Below, piece after piece: positions 52,242-62,085 of a DNA stretch of 64,000 nt. The position numbers and the translations under genes were made by a program. This DNA comes from Nitrospirota bacterium (lineage in GTDB: Bacteria > Nitrospirota > UBA9217), in the NCBI GenBank assembly GCA_963840455.1, contig CAWIYV010000009.1, positions 224,001 through 288,000 on the forward strand, given 5' to 3'. Each line of letters opens with the position of its first letter. Within the stretch, counting starts at the first letter, position 1. Under the pieces are notes generated by a model, which had not been told where the DNA came from, did no database searches, and saw nothing but the letters and a program-made list of their open reading frames with translations.

Positions 52242-53206
52242 ATACTGGGGATATCTCGAAAAAACCGGTGCGCATCCTTGTTGCAGACGATGATGAAAGT
52301 CTGCGGTCCGTTCTCAAGCAGGTGCTGAGCATGGACGGCTACGAGGTGAATCTGACAGCGAGTGGCGAAGAAGCATTGGCGGCTTTCAAGAAGGAACCCT
52401 GTTCGCTGATCATCACCGATATCCGGATGGGGAAAATGAGCGGTATACAGCTCCTGCAGGAGGTCAAGCGGCTCCGCCCCGATACACAGGTTATCATTAT
52501 TACCAGCAATGCCACGCTGGACACGGCGATCACCGCCATTCAGGCCGGGGCGTATGACTATCTTACCAAGCCCTTTGACGACATTGCGCTCATATCTTCG
52601 GTGGCGCGCCGGGCAGTTGAAAAGATCCGGCTTATCGAGGAGAACAAAAGCCTGTTAGAGAAACTGAAGCGGAAAAATGAGGAGCTGGAATTCGTCAACT
52701 TGACCCTCAAGGAGCTCACGATCCGCGACGGCCTCACCGGCTTATACAACCATCGTCATTTTCAGGAGACCCTTGCAGTGGAGATCCTCCGGTCCAAGCG
52801 TCACGCAAAAACTTTTTCCCTGGTATTTCTGGATGTGGATTTCTTTAAGCAGTATAACGATACCCACGGACATCTTCATGGCGATGCCGTTCTCGTTGCG
52901 CTGTCGAAGTTGCTGATCGCTGGTCTTCGAAAATCGGATGTCGCCGTCCGCTATGGCGGAGAGGAATTTGTGCTCCTCCTCCCCGAGACATCGAAGGAGA
53001 ACGCCTTTGCCCTCGCCGGGACCATCCGCGAGAAGATCGCCGCCCATCCCTTCCCGGGGCGGGAAACGCAGCCGCAGGGGAAGGTCACGGTCAGCATGGG
53101 GATCGCCGCGTTTCCGGAGGACGGTAGCGACAGTTCCACGCTGCTGCATCGTGCCGATGAAGCACTTTACCAGGCAAAAAATGGCGGAAGAAACAAGGTA
53201 TGCTGA
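52238..53206 (+). CDS. REC-GGDEF diguanylate cyclase
   Basis: DGLTGLYN, DVDFFKQYNDTHGHLHGD, RKSD I-site, RYGGEEF, ADEALYQAK. Confidence 0.93.
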   Translation: MNTGDISKKPVRILVADDDESLRSVLKQVLSMDGYEVNLTASGEEALAAFKKEPCSLIITDIRMGKMSGIQLLQEVKRLRPDTQVIIITSNATLDTAITAIQAGAYDYLTKPFDDIALISSVARRAVEKIRLIEENKSLLEKLKRKNEELEFVNLTLKELTIRDGLTGLYNHRHFQETLAVEILRSKRHAKTFSLVFLDVDFFKQYNDTHGHLHGDAVLVALSKLLIAGLRKSDVAVRYGGEEFVLLLPETSKENAFALAGTIREKIAAHPFPGRETQPQGKVTVSMGIAAFPEDGSDSSTLLHRADEALYQAKNGGRNKVC

Positions 53207-53246
53207 AATTCTTTTAAAAAACTCATGAAAAAACGGGCAAAGAATG

Positions 53247-53338
53247 AAACCACAGAGGTCACGGAGAAAGTGCTGGGTGAATACCTGAATACATTGAGTT
53301 GATCTATCAATAAAATACTCTGTGTTCCCGTGGGTTAA
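53247..53338. repeat. Degenerate REP-like inverted pair
   Basis: aaccacagaggtcacggag ... ctctgtgttcccgtgggtt. Confidence 0.45.
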
Positions 53339-53766
53339 AGGACAAGAACAAAACGGAGCTGTGATAAAAACGGCTCAAAATGGGTATCAAAATACATCAA
53401 CAGTCATATACCATCTATTGGGTATTTACAGAGAGATATCAGGAGATTGCAATAAAACATATACGTTATGGTCTGAGCCCTTTCGCCTGTCACGGCGATA
53501 ATCATTTGCTCAATTCATCAACGTCCCTTGTCATCCCTATATATGAAACATGCTGTGAAGGATTCTTCCTGAAGCATGCAGAGATGAGCAGATCGTCATC
53601 GGTACATACTTTATCTCGTAATTTTGCTTTCTACATCTGCGACTTTTGTATCCTTTCCCACATATCTCATCATATATCTTAAAACCCCCTATGAATTATC
53701 GGAGCTCATTCGTGATCCATGCTATACTTTAAATCATTAGTTCTCGTTCCCATCAATTGTTAGCCT

Positions 53767-53842
53767 CTGATAAAGCCAAACCTTTCATGAGAAAGGGGCG
53801 GAAAACCACGGGTCTTGCTATAAGATAGCCGAGCTACCGAAG
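53767..53842 (+). ncRNA. GEMM-I (c-di-GMP-I) riboswitch
   Basis: GAUAAAGCCAAACC..GG..CGGAAAACCACGGGUCU..AGAUAGCCGAGCUACCGA. Confidence 0.8.
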
Positions 53843-53918
53843 GATGTAAGTCTTCGTGTTCGCTCGACTCTTTTATCAGTTCAGTATAGTGATCGAAGAA
53901 GCAAACAAGGAGGTAAGC

Positions 53919-55289
53919 ATGAAACAGTTACAAAAAGCAATTATCGACGAGTTCAAAGCGCACTTCAGGGGGAGTGTGCTTCTTCCTGGCGACGCGGGCT
54001 ATAACGAGGTACGCCAGATTTGGAACGCCATGATCGACCGCAGGCCTGGGCTGATTGCCCGCTGCACCTCGCCTGAAGATGTTGTCCAGGCCGTCCGGTT
54101 CGCGCGCAAGCACAACCTCCTTGTTTCGATCAGAGGGGGTGGACACAACATCGCGGGCAATGCCGTCTGTGACGACGGCCTCATGATCGATCTTTCGCTG
54201 ATGAAGGGCGTCAAGGTGGACCCGAAGGCCCGCCGGGCGACCGTTGAGCCCGGCTGTACTCTAGCCGACTTCGACATGGCCGCTCAGGTGCATGGCCTCG
54301 CCACGCCGCTGGGTATCAACTCGACCACAGGTGTGGCCGGCCTGACACTCGGCGGCGGCTTCGGCTGGCTAAGCCGAAAATACGGAATGACCGTCGACAA
54401 CCTTCTCTCCGCGGATGTCGTCTCAGCGGATGGCACTCAAGTGCACGCCAGCGAGAAGGAAAATGATGACCTGTTCTGGGGGCTGCGCGGTGGTGGTGGG
54501 AACTTCGGTATTGTCACCAGCTTCGAGTTCCAGCTCCATCCCGTCGGGCCGAATGTGTTAAGCGGCCTCATCGTTTTCCCGTTTGACCAGGCGAAGTCCG
54601 TGCTCACACAGTTCGCTCGTTTCACCAAGACGATGCCCGACGAGCTTAACGTTTGGATGGTCACTCGGAAAGCGCCCCCGCTTCCCTTTCTACCCGCGAA
54701 TGTCCACGGGAAAGAGGTTGTCGTGCTCGCACTGTGCTATACGGGTGACCCCACTGAGGGTGAGAAAGTGATAAAACCGCTGCGCGGATTCGGCACAGCG
54801 CACGGAGAGTATATAGGTGTACAGCCGTACACGGCCTGGCAGAAGGCCTTTGATCCGCTCTTGACGCCAGGTGCCCGCAACTACTGGAAGTCGCACAACT
54901 TCGTTCAGCTCAACGAAGGCGCGATAGACATCATCATCGAATTCGCTGGCATGCTGCCGTCACCGCAGACTGAAATCTTCATTGGCACGATCGGAGGTCA
55001 GACAGCCCGCGTAGCGCCCGAAGCAATGGCATACTCGAACCGAGACGCCAATTACGTGATGAACGTGCACGGTCGCTGGGAATCGGCCACTGATGACGAG
55101 CGATGCATCGCTTGGGCGCGCAATTTTTTCGCGAAGTCACAGCCATTTGCCAGCAGCGGCGCATACATAAACTTCCTCACCCAAGACGAGACAGACCGCG
55201 TCGCATTCGCCTACGGGATCATGCGCCGAATGGCATGCAGTGAACGTGCTGCATGCCGCCGGGTTCAGTTTCAACTTTCACGGCGATAA
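53919..55289 (+). pseudogene. FAD-linked BBE/VAO-type oxidoreductase, C-terminus truncated
   Basis: WNAMIDRRP, RGGGHN, LRGGGGNFGIVT, AYINF; homology stops after AYG (about 55219) with no K..YDP.N.F tail. Confidence 0.75.
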
Positions 55290-55437
55290 CGGGGGTGTAA
55301 GCGCCCTGATGATAAGTGCTCAGGCGCTTCGTCGTTCAAGGAAAGGTTGTATTGATCAATGCCAGCCTGACCGGTAAACGAATACGCACGTCATGCCGGC
55401 ATTGACGATCAAATCCCCCCTGCGGACGCCAATCAAT

Positions 55438-55471
55438 AAAAAAGGAGCTGCAACCATGCAGCTCCTTTTTT
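55438..55471. terminator. Bidirectional intrinsic terminator
   Basis: aaaaaaggagctgca-acca-tgcagctcctttttt between convergent genes. Confidence 0.85.
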
Positions 55472-55533
55472 ACTCCCCATTCATGAATATCTGCACGAGT
55501 CGGCCCAACACGAATCCAATTCGAGAAAAGAGC

Positions 55534-55570
55534 GGGGTCAAATCTATGATTTGATCAAAGATTTGACCCC
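55534..55570. repeat. REP-like palindrome
   Basis: ggggtcaaatct...agatttgacccc. Confidence 0.6.
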
Positions 55571-55695
55571 TTAGGTTGCTATCCCCTGATTACGCCAGAG
55601 AGGGAGAGGGCCTGCAATGTTGCATCCCCTTTACTGGCTCTGCATGCGTGAGCTACTGTCCGGACGACCTGGCGTGGGGCATGCATTCTTTTCTG

Positions 55696-57726
55696 CTAGA
55701 TGGTCTTCGAGACCTCCATTGAATATCCGCTTTCCTGCCCCAGGGTATCGACGTCCGTCACGACAAAATAGTAAGTGCCCGGAGCAAGGTTCAAAGTCTT
55801 CGTTATGGTCGCGGTCCCGGGATTGGTGACGCTCACGGTTTGCGTATAGGACTGCGATGACGTTCCATAATATATCTTGTACAGGGACAGGTCGGTTGCC
55901 GCGTTCAACGGAGTCCCGTCTTCCCGCGTCGTCGGCGCATTCCATGTTAACGTTACGCTCCCACCACCGGTGGCACCGGTGACAGTAAGCGCAGTAGCCC
56001 CGGAAACACTTCCTGATGTCGCCCGGATCGTGGTCGATCCTGCCGCCACCGACGTGGCGAGGCCGTTGGAACCTGCAGCGTTGCTGATCGTCGCCACAGC
56101 GGTATTGGAGGAGCTCCAGGTCGCCGTTGTCGTCAGGTTCTGCGTCGTACCGTCGGAGTAGGCCCCCGTCGCCGTGAACTGCTGGGTCGTCCCGCTGGCG
56201 ATCGAAGCCGAAAGAGGCGATACCGAGATCGATGTGAGCGTTGCCGCCGTTATGGTCAGGGTGGTCGAACCCGAGATGCTTCCCGATGTCGCCCGGATCG
56301 TGGTCGATCCTGCCGCCACCGACGTGGCGAGGCCGTTGGAACCTGCCGCATTGCTGATCGTCGCCGCGGCGGTATTGGAGGAGCTCCAGGTCGCCGTTGC
56401 CGTCAGGTTCTGCGTTGTACCGTCGGAGTAGGTCCCCGTCGCCGTGAACTGCTTGGTGGTCCCCTTGGCGATGCTCGGATTGGCCGGAGTGACTGCGATG
56501 GAGACAAGCGTTGTCGCCGTTATGGTCAGGGTGGTCGAACCCGAGATGCTTCCCGATGTTGCCTGGATCGTGGTCGATCCTGCCGCCACCGACGTGGCGA
56601 GGCCGTTGGAACCTGCCGCATTGCTGATCGCAGCGACTCCCGTATTGGTTGAGCTCCAGGTCGCTGCTGCCGTCAGGTTCTGCGTCGTGCCGTCAGAGTA
56701 AGATCCTGTCGCGGTGAACTGTCTCGTCGTGCCCAGCGCGATGCTCGGGTTGGCCGGAGTGACTGCGATGGAGACAAGCGTTGTCGCCGTTATGGTCAGG
56801 GTGGTCGAACCCGAGATGCTTCCCGATGCCGCCCGGATCGTGGTCGATCCTGCCGCCGCCGACCTGGCAAGGCCGTTGGAACCCGCCGCATTGCTGATCG
56901 TAGCCGCGGCGGTATTGGAGGAGCTCCAGGTCACCGCCGCCGTCAGGTTCTGAGTCGTATTGTCCGAGAAGGTTCCCGTGGCGGTGAACTGACGGGACAA
57001 TCCAAGCGCGATGCTCACATTGGCCGGCGTTACGGCAAGGGACACGAGCGTTGCCGGTGTCACCGTAAGGGTGGTCGAACCCGAGATGCTCCCCGACGTC
57101 GCCGTGATCGTCGTCGAACCTGAGGCTGCCGAGGTGGCCAGACCGTTGGAACCCGCCGCATTGCTTATCGCAGCGACACCCGTGTTGGAGGAGCTCCAGG
57201 TCACCGCCGCCGTCAGGTTCTGAGTCGTATTGTCCGAGAAGGTTCCCGTAGCGGTGAACTGTTGCACCGTACCCTTGGCGATGCTCGGGTTGGTTGGGGT
57301 GACCGTGATAGCAACGAGCGTTGCCGGTGTTACCGTCAGGGTGGTGGAACCGGATAAGTCTCCCGAGGTCGCCGAAATCGTTGCTTTGCCGACACGCTTG
57401 CCGGTTACTTTTATGCGTCCGGGGGTGTTGACCGCGGCTGCCGTCACAAGGCCGCTGATCTCTGCTACGGTCGTATCAGATGAACTCCAGGTTAATGATG
57501 CGGTCAGGTCTTTCGTCGTGCCATTCGAATAGCTGCCGATGGCCGTGAAATCCTGACTGGTGCCGGTTGCTGCCGCTGGATTCGTAGGTGACAACGAGAG
57601 GGAAACAAGCTGTCCATTGTCATTCGCTGCGTTTACCGGGACTTCGCTGAGCCCCCCGCCGCATCCCGCCAGGCCGATCAGGATCAGGAATGACACGAGC
57701 ATGAAGCGTATTCTGTTCTGGATCAT
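55696..57726 (-). CDS. Lipoprotein with six Big_2 Ig repeats and a C-terminal FnIII-like domain
   Basis: Lipobox LAGC; about 90-aa repeats SIAVTP..QFTATG.YSD..TWSSSN; LTWNAP..YKIYYG..YYFVVT. Confidence 0.9.
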   Translation of the reverse strand: MIQNRIRFMLVSFLILIGLAGCGGGLSEVPVNAANDNGQLVSLSLSPTNPAAATGTSQDFTAIGSYSNGTTKDLTASLTWSSSDTTVAEISGLVTAAAVNTPGRIKVTGKRVGKATISATSGDLSGSTTLTVTPATLVAITVTPTNPSIAKGTVQQFTATGTFSDNTTQNLTAAVTWSSSNTGVAAISNAAGSNGLATSAASGSTTITATSGSISGSTTLTVTPATLVSLAVTPANVSIALGLSRQFTATGTFSDNTTQNLTAAVTWSSSNTAAATISNAAGSNGLARSAAAGSTTIRAASGSISGSTTLTITATTLVSIAVTPANPSIALGTTRQFTATGSYSDGTTQNLTAAATWSSTNTGVAAISNAAGSNGLATSVAAGSTTIQATSGSISGSTTLTITATTLVSIAVTPANPSIAKGTTKQFTATGTYSDGTTQNLTATATWSSSNTAAATISNAAGSNGLATSVAAGSTTIRATSGSISGSTTLTITAATLTSISVSPLSASIASGTTQQFTATGAYSDGTTQNLTTTATWSSSNTAVATISNAAGSNGLATSVAAGSTTIRATSGSVSGATALTVTGATGGGSVTLTWNAPTTREDGTPLNAATDLSLYKIYYGTSSQSYTQTVSVTNPGTATITKTLNLAPGTYYFVVTDVDTLGQESGYSMEVSKTI

Positions 57727-57780
57727 AGCAGCACCTCCAATGTCCGGATAGGTAAATAGAAAACCGCCAAAGAGTGGTCC

Positions 57781-57867
57781 TCTGGCGGCCCGGCGGACAT
57801 GGAATCCTGTGATCCGTTAGTCCCGTGGCTCTGCGTCCCAGGGTTTCCCCCGGTTTGCTCTGAGCAG
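57781..57867 (-). ncRNA. GEMM-I riboswitch, A20 variant (candidate 3',3'-cGAMP sensor)
   Basis: CUCAG-A-GCAAACC GGG GAAA CCCUGG GACGCAGAGCCACGGGAC..GUCCGCCGGGCCGCC, 5' of the lipoprotein gene. Confidence 0.8.
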
Positions 57868-57969
57868 AGAAAGCAAGTAAACATTCGTAACGTCTGCAAC
57901 TCGCAACGATCGCTCGCATATTGGATCATGCGATGATAGGTACTTTTACACTAGCGCCGAAAAAGTGTC

Positions 57970-58008
57970 TGTGATTCAAGTTACCGAACATTTGTGATCC
58001 ATATCACC
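57970..58008. promoter_or_regulatory. Two CRP/FNR-like boxes
   Basis: TGTGA-N6-TTACC and TGTGA-N6-TCACC. Confidence 0.5.
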
Positions 58009-58214
58009 AGGTGAAGGCTCACGCTTCGTCGGTGTATGTCAAGAGCAGAGCCTGCAGTGATGAGAAAAGCCCCGGTAACGAATGATCGCGATGACGAACT
58101 CGCCAGTGCTCAGTACATTTCTCGTGGACGTATTCCAGGTTCACAGGTTCAAGGGCTCTGTTCTATCTCCGGCGCAGGGAATGGTTCACTGCACCAGCAT
58201 AGTGATACCTCCTT

Positions 58215-58252
58215 GAAAAAGAAAAAGCCTGCTCCAAAAAAAGGAGCAGGCT
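58215..58252 (-). terminator. Intrinsic terminator (riboswitch expression platform)
   Basis: agcctgctcc-ttttttt-ggagcaggct ttttcttttt. Confidence 0.8.
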
Positions 58253-58280
58253 GCGTCAGGTCAATAAAGATCATCGACTC

Positions 58281-58358
58281 TTCGGCGGCCCGGCAGTCCT
58301 TTTTATGGAGGATCCGCGGCTTTGCGTCCCCCGGTTACCCGGGGTTTGCCCTTATCGC
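58281..58358 (-). ncRNA. GEMM-I (c-di-GMP-I) riboswitch, G20
   Basis: GCGAUAAGGGCAAACCCCGG GUAA CCGGGGGACGCAAAGCCGCGGAUCC..GGACUGCCGGGCCGCCGAA. Confidence 0.9.
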
Positions 58359-58408
58359 GAGTACGAATTACGCGAGTTGTATGGAATTGTTCTTCTGCGA
58401 CTGTATGA

Positions 58409-58451
58409 ATTATAGATACAGGACCGCAGACATGCAGTGATTCAAATCACA
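58409..58451 (-). promoter_or_regulatory. Class II CRP/FNR-type promoter
   Basis: TGTGA-tttgaa-TCACT centred about -41.5 relative to a perfect TATAAT (58414-58409). Confidence 0.65.
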
Positions 58452-58697
58452 GAGGAAGGGAAGGGGGCACTGTTGCTGAAGGTGTCTCTTGGGCCCAGAG
58501 GAGGATTTCCAGGGGTGACCCTGAAGATGCCGCGCGGTCATTCCGAATCGCTGATGACCTTTCTCGCCAGGAGATGACATCGGTTTACTGCCGATTCGAA
58601 GTATATGCGGACGAAGGAGAGCATATTGCGGTAGAAATGGAAATTCAAAACGCGGAGCCGGGAACGACGATCCTGCCGAGAATGAGCTCTCTTGCCC

Positions 58698-58871
58698 CTA
58701 CGCGGCCGACCGGTCTTCGCTCTCTATGCAGTAACGTCGGCGGAGTTCGCAATAGAATACGGCTACGTATTCTACCCACCCGCAGGCCTTGCACATCCCG
58801 GACTCCCGAGGGTCGGTTTTCATCACGTAATTGCCGCACTTGGGGCAGTGCTTGCACCACATGCCGTCCAT
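58698..58871 (-). CDS. Small Cys-rich protein (57 aa)
   Basis: GGAGGA RBS; CPKC, CKAC and three further Cys. Confidence 0.6.
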   Translation of the reverse strand: MDGMWCKHCPKCGNYVMKTDPRESGMCKACGWVEYVAVFYCELRRRYCIESEDRSAA

Positions 58872-58894
58872 ATGTCCTCCTTTTCGGACCCGCG

Positions 58895-60721
58895 CTATTC
58901 GACGGTGACGCTCTTCGCAAGATTTCGCGGTTGGTCCACATCGCATCCCTTCAAAACGGCAACGTGGTATGCCAGGAGCTGGAGAGGGATGACGGTCGCA
59001 AAGGGCACCAGCGCCGGGTGCGTAGGTGGAACGACAATGATATCGTCCGCCTTGTTCCGGAAGGCGGCGGGAGCGTCGGTGATCACGATGATTCGTCCGC
59101 CCCGCGCCTTGACCTCCTCGATGTTGGACAGCAGCTTTTCGTGCAGGCCGTCCACAGTGGCAAGGAACACGACCGGCACGCCGTCCTCGATGAGGGCGAT
59201 GGGGCCGTGCTTCATCTCTCCCGCGGGATACCCCTCCGCATGGATATAGGACAGTTCTTTCATTTTCAGCGCGCCTTCGAGAGCCACCGGGTAATTGATG
59301 CCCCTGCCGAGGTAGAGGATGCTCCGGGCGTCCACCAGCGTGTGCGCGACCTCGCGCACGGAACTGTCGGTGAGAAGCGCCTGTTCGATGGTCCTCGGAA
59401 GCTCAAGCAGGAACGCTTTGAGCGTGCTGATCTCGGTCTCGCAAAGCTTCCCCTTTTTTACTCCCAGGGCAATGCCCAGAAGGGACAGGGCGGCGAGCTG
59501 GGCAGTGAACGCCTTGGTGGATGCCACGCCGATCTCCGGTCCTGCCCGGGTATAGAGGACCGAGTCCGCTTCCCGCGCGGCTGTGCTGCCCACGACATTG
59601 CAGACCGTGAACGTTACAGCGCCCCGTTGCCTGGCCTCGCGCTGTGCGGCGAGGGTGTCGGCGGTCTCCCCGGACTGGGTGATGGTGATGAACGCAGTGC
59701 CTTTGGGCAGGACGGGGCTCATGTAACGGAACTCCGAGGCGATGTCCACTGCCACGGGGATGCGCACGAACTTCTCGATCAGATAACGTCCTACGAGGGC
59801 GGCGTGATACGATGTGCCGCAGGCCGCGATATGAAGGCGCCGAAGGTCCTTGACGCTGCCTGCGATGCCGAGCTCGTTCACCAGCCGGTCAGGATCGTCG
59901 ATCCATTCGCGCAGGGTGTTCGCAACCCCCTGGGGCTGCTCGTAGATCTCCTTCAGCATGAAGTGCTCATAGCCCTGTTTCTCGGCCATGGCGGGCGACC
60001 AGTCAACGGACACGATCCTCCCCGCGAGCGGCAGGTTCTCGTGACAATCAAATTTCTTCAGTTCGACGCCGCCCTCCCGGAGGATTGCCAGGTGACCGTC
60101 CTCGAGGAACACGAACTTTCTGGTGTATGGAAGGATGGCAGGCACATCGGACGCGATATAGTGGGCGTGGTCGCCGATGCCGAGCACCAGCGGGCTGCCG
60201 TTCCGAACGGCATATATCCGGTCCGGCGTATCCTCATGCAGGATGGCGAGCGCATACGAGCCGCGCAGCTGGGTCGTGGTCCTCAGGATGGCCTCGACGA
60301 TGGGAAGACCAAGTCGCAGGTGGCGGGCGATCAGGTGCGGGATGACCTCTGTATCGGTCTGGGACAGGAATGCGCTGCTGTTCATTTCCAGCGATTCCCG
60401 CAGCGAGCGGTGGTTCTCGATGATGCCGTTGTGCACCACGGTCACCCCTTCGACCGTGTGGGGATGCGCATTGACCGTGGAGGGCGCGCCGTGCGTGGCC
60501 CACCGCGTGTGCCCGATACCGATCCGGATGGAAGGGGCGGGGGCGGGAAGGATCTGCTGCAGGTCATGGATCTTGCCCTGCGTCTTGTAGATCTCCAGAC
60601 CCTTACCATTCTGGTATGCTATCCCCGCGGAGTCATACCCACGGTACGCGAGCCGCTTAAGCCCGTCCACCAGCACGTGCAGTGAGTTCGGTCGTCCTAC
60701 ATATCCTACAATGCCGCACAT
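58895..60721 (-). CDS. glmS: Glutamine-fructose-6-phosphate aminotransferase
   Basis: MCGIVG, YRGYDSAG, GHTRWATHG, QSGETADT, PRNLAKSVTVE. Confidence 0.97.
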   Translation of the reverse strand: MCGIVGYVGRPNSLHVLVDGLKRLAYRGYDSAGIAYQNGKGLEIYKTQGKIHDLQQILPAPAPSIRIGIGHTRWATHGAPSTVNAHPHTVEGVTVVHNGIIENHRSLRESLEMNSSAFLSQTDTEVIPHLIARHLRLGLPIVEAILRTTTQLRGSYALAILHEDTPDRIYAVRNGSPLVLGIGDHAHYIASDVPAILPYTRKFVFLEDGHLAILREGGVELKKFDCHENLPLAGRIVSVDWSPAMAEKQGYEHFMLKEIYEQPQGVANTLREWIDDPDRLVNELGIAGSVKDLRRLHIAACGTSYHAALVGRYLIEKFVRIPVAVDIASEFRYMSPVLPKGTAFITITQSGETADTLAAQREARQRGAVTFTVCNVVGSTAAREADSVLYTRAGPEIGVASTKAFTAQLAALSLLGIALGVKKGKLCETEISTLKAFLLELPRTIEQALLTDSSVREVAHTLVDARSILYLGRGINYPVALEGALKMKELSYIHAEGYPAGEMKHGPIALIEDGVPVVFLATVDGLHEKLLSNIEEVKARGGRIIVITDAPAAFRNKADDIIVVPPTHPALVPFATVIPLQLLAYHVAVLKGCDVDQPRNLAKSVTVE

Positions 60722-60740
60722 ACCGAAAGCCTTCTTTCGA

Positions 60741-62072
60741 TCAGCGACCGCTCCGGCGAACTGACGGGTCCTGCTGATGAGCGGTGGTCGAATCCACAGT
60801 TCTCAGATAATTGGCGGTATAGATGAAATCATCGAGGTCGTCCAGCTTGCCGTCCTTGTTCAGGTCTTTTCCCCGCTCCTTGAGATACCGGTCAAAATCG
60901 GCCATGGTGACGGTCTTTCCGCGGACAGGCCTGATAACGATCTTCGGTGCGACCGTGAGGGGATAGATCATCTTCAGCCCGCCCAGGGGGACCGCCACGC
61001 TTGCCTGGTATGCTCCTCGGTCCGGAAGCAGATCGACGATCCAGGTGTTGGTATTGTCCGGGTCCCTCTTCAGGGAAAGCAGCTTGGCGCCCATGACCGC
61101 GATATCCGAGGACGTTCTGGTGCCGGGGGAAGATACGAATACGAACCGCACGACGGATTTTCCGTCGGAGAGCGCGACAGGAGGCTCCTGGCGGCAGCCG
61201 ATCATGCTCTCATTGCCAAAGAGACCGATGAAGGCCGCGGGTGTACGCTCCCCCCGGTATGTCCGGAAGCGATCCAGGATGCTGGTCTGCCGATAAACGG
61301 ACTTGTCAGCGGCCGATGAGCCGGTTGCTGCGTCCTTTCCCTTCTGCGCCGCATCACTGGTCCGCGCCATTGCCAGACGATCTTGCTGAGCGGGACCGGC
61401 CTCAGCCGGGACAGACGGCCTGGCATCCTGTCCCGATGGGCGGGAAGCAGCGGGGGTCTCCGGAACGTTCGCTGAAGGGCTCCCTGGAACAACGAGAACG
61501 GGTGACTGAACGATTATCGGGGCCGCTGGCGTACCTGTGGACGCCGCCGATGGCGGTGTCGCCGGAGCTGACGGCGCATCCGTTCCTGTTGAGGCAGCGG
61601 CGGATTCGGATGCTGCGACGGGCGGAGCAGTAATGCTTGCCACCGATGGGATCGGCGATCCATTGATATCGGCAAGCCGGGCGGCCAAGGCGGTTATTCT
61701 GCCGGGAGACGAGCCTTTGCGGTCAAAGGTCATCGTGGCGATCACTCCGCTGCCGCGGACGGGGGTGAGGCTCACCATGACTATGCGGATCGTTCCAGGG
61801 ACATTCGGGTTGAACACCGGCATTGCCCCGGCGATCAGCGGGCCCGCAACGACGCGGGGGTTGGCGAGGGCTGCCGTATCATATGACACAACGACCTCCA
61901 GCGCTGCTGCATTCTCGACACCGATCCCCTGGAGCAGAAACACGCCGTCCCCGCCCGACGTTGCCGTGATCGTGGAAACGGCGAAGACCGGCATCGGCAG
62001 GAATATCATCAACAGCACCAAGATGGCAAGAATGATGCTGGCGGAAAGGCGAGCTCTTATTCTGACGACCAT
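60741..62072 (-). CDS. Secreted cohesin-like domain protein with Pro/Ala linker and EF-hand/dockerin-like C-terminus
   Basis: AALEVVVSYD..GTIRIVMV..GSGVIATMTF; DLNKDGKLDDLDDFIYTANY. Confidence 0.7.
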   Translation of the reverse strand: MVVRIRARLSASIILAILVLLMIFLPMPVFAVSTITATSGGDGVFLLQGIGVENAAALEVVVSYDTAALANPRVVAGPLIAGAMPVFNPNVPGTIRIVMVSLTPVRGSGVIATMTFDRKGSSPGRITALAARLADINGSPIPSVASITAPPVAASESAAASTGTDAPSAPATPPSAASTGTPAAPIIVQSPVLVVPGSPSANVPETPAASRPSGQDARPSVPAEAGPAQQDRLAMARTSDAAQKGKDAATGSSAADKSVYRQTSILDRFRTYRGERTPAAFIGLFGNESMIGCRQEPPVALSDGKSVVRFVFVSSPGTRTSSDIAVMGAKLLSLKRDPDNTNTWIVDLLPDRGAYQASVAVPLGGLKMIYPLTVAPKIVIRPVRGKTVTMADFDRYLKERGKDLNKDGKLDDLDDFIYTANYLRTVDSTTAHQQDPSVRRSGR

Positions 62073-62085
62073 AGGGATGTCCTTC

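Noticed and set aside
53380-53682. 100-aa ORF in an AT-rich gap
   Set aside because: Atypical composition, no RBS or motif
55960-57350. Regular repeats as a CRISPR array
   Set aside because: They are 270-bp in-frame coding repeats with no spacers and no cas genes; no CRISPR array was seen in the window
58574-60685. 703-aa plus-strand ORF
   Set aside because: Antisense shadow of glmS
60722-60760. glmS ribozyme
   Set aside because: Only 19 bp separate glmS from the upstream gene
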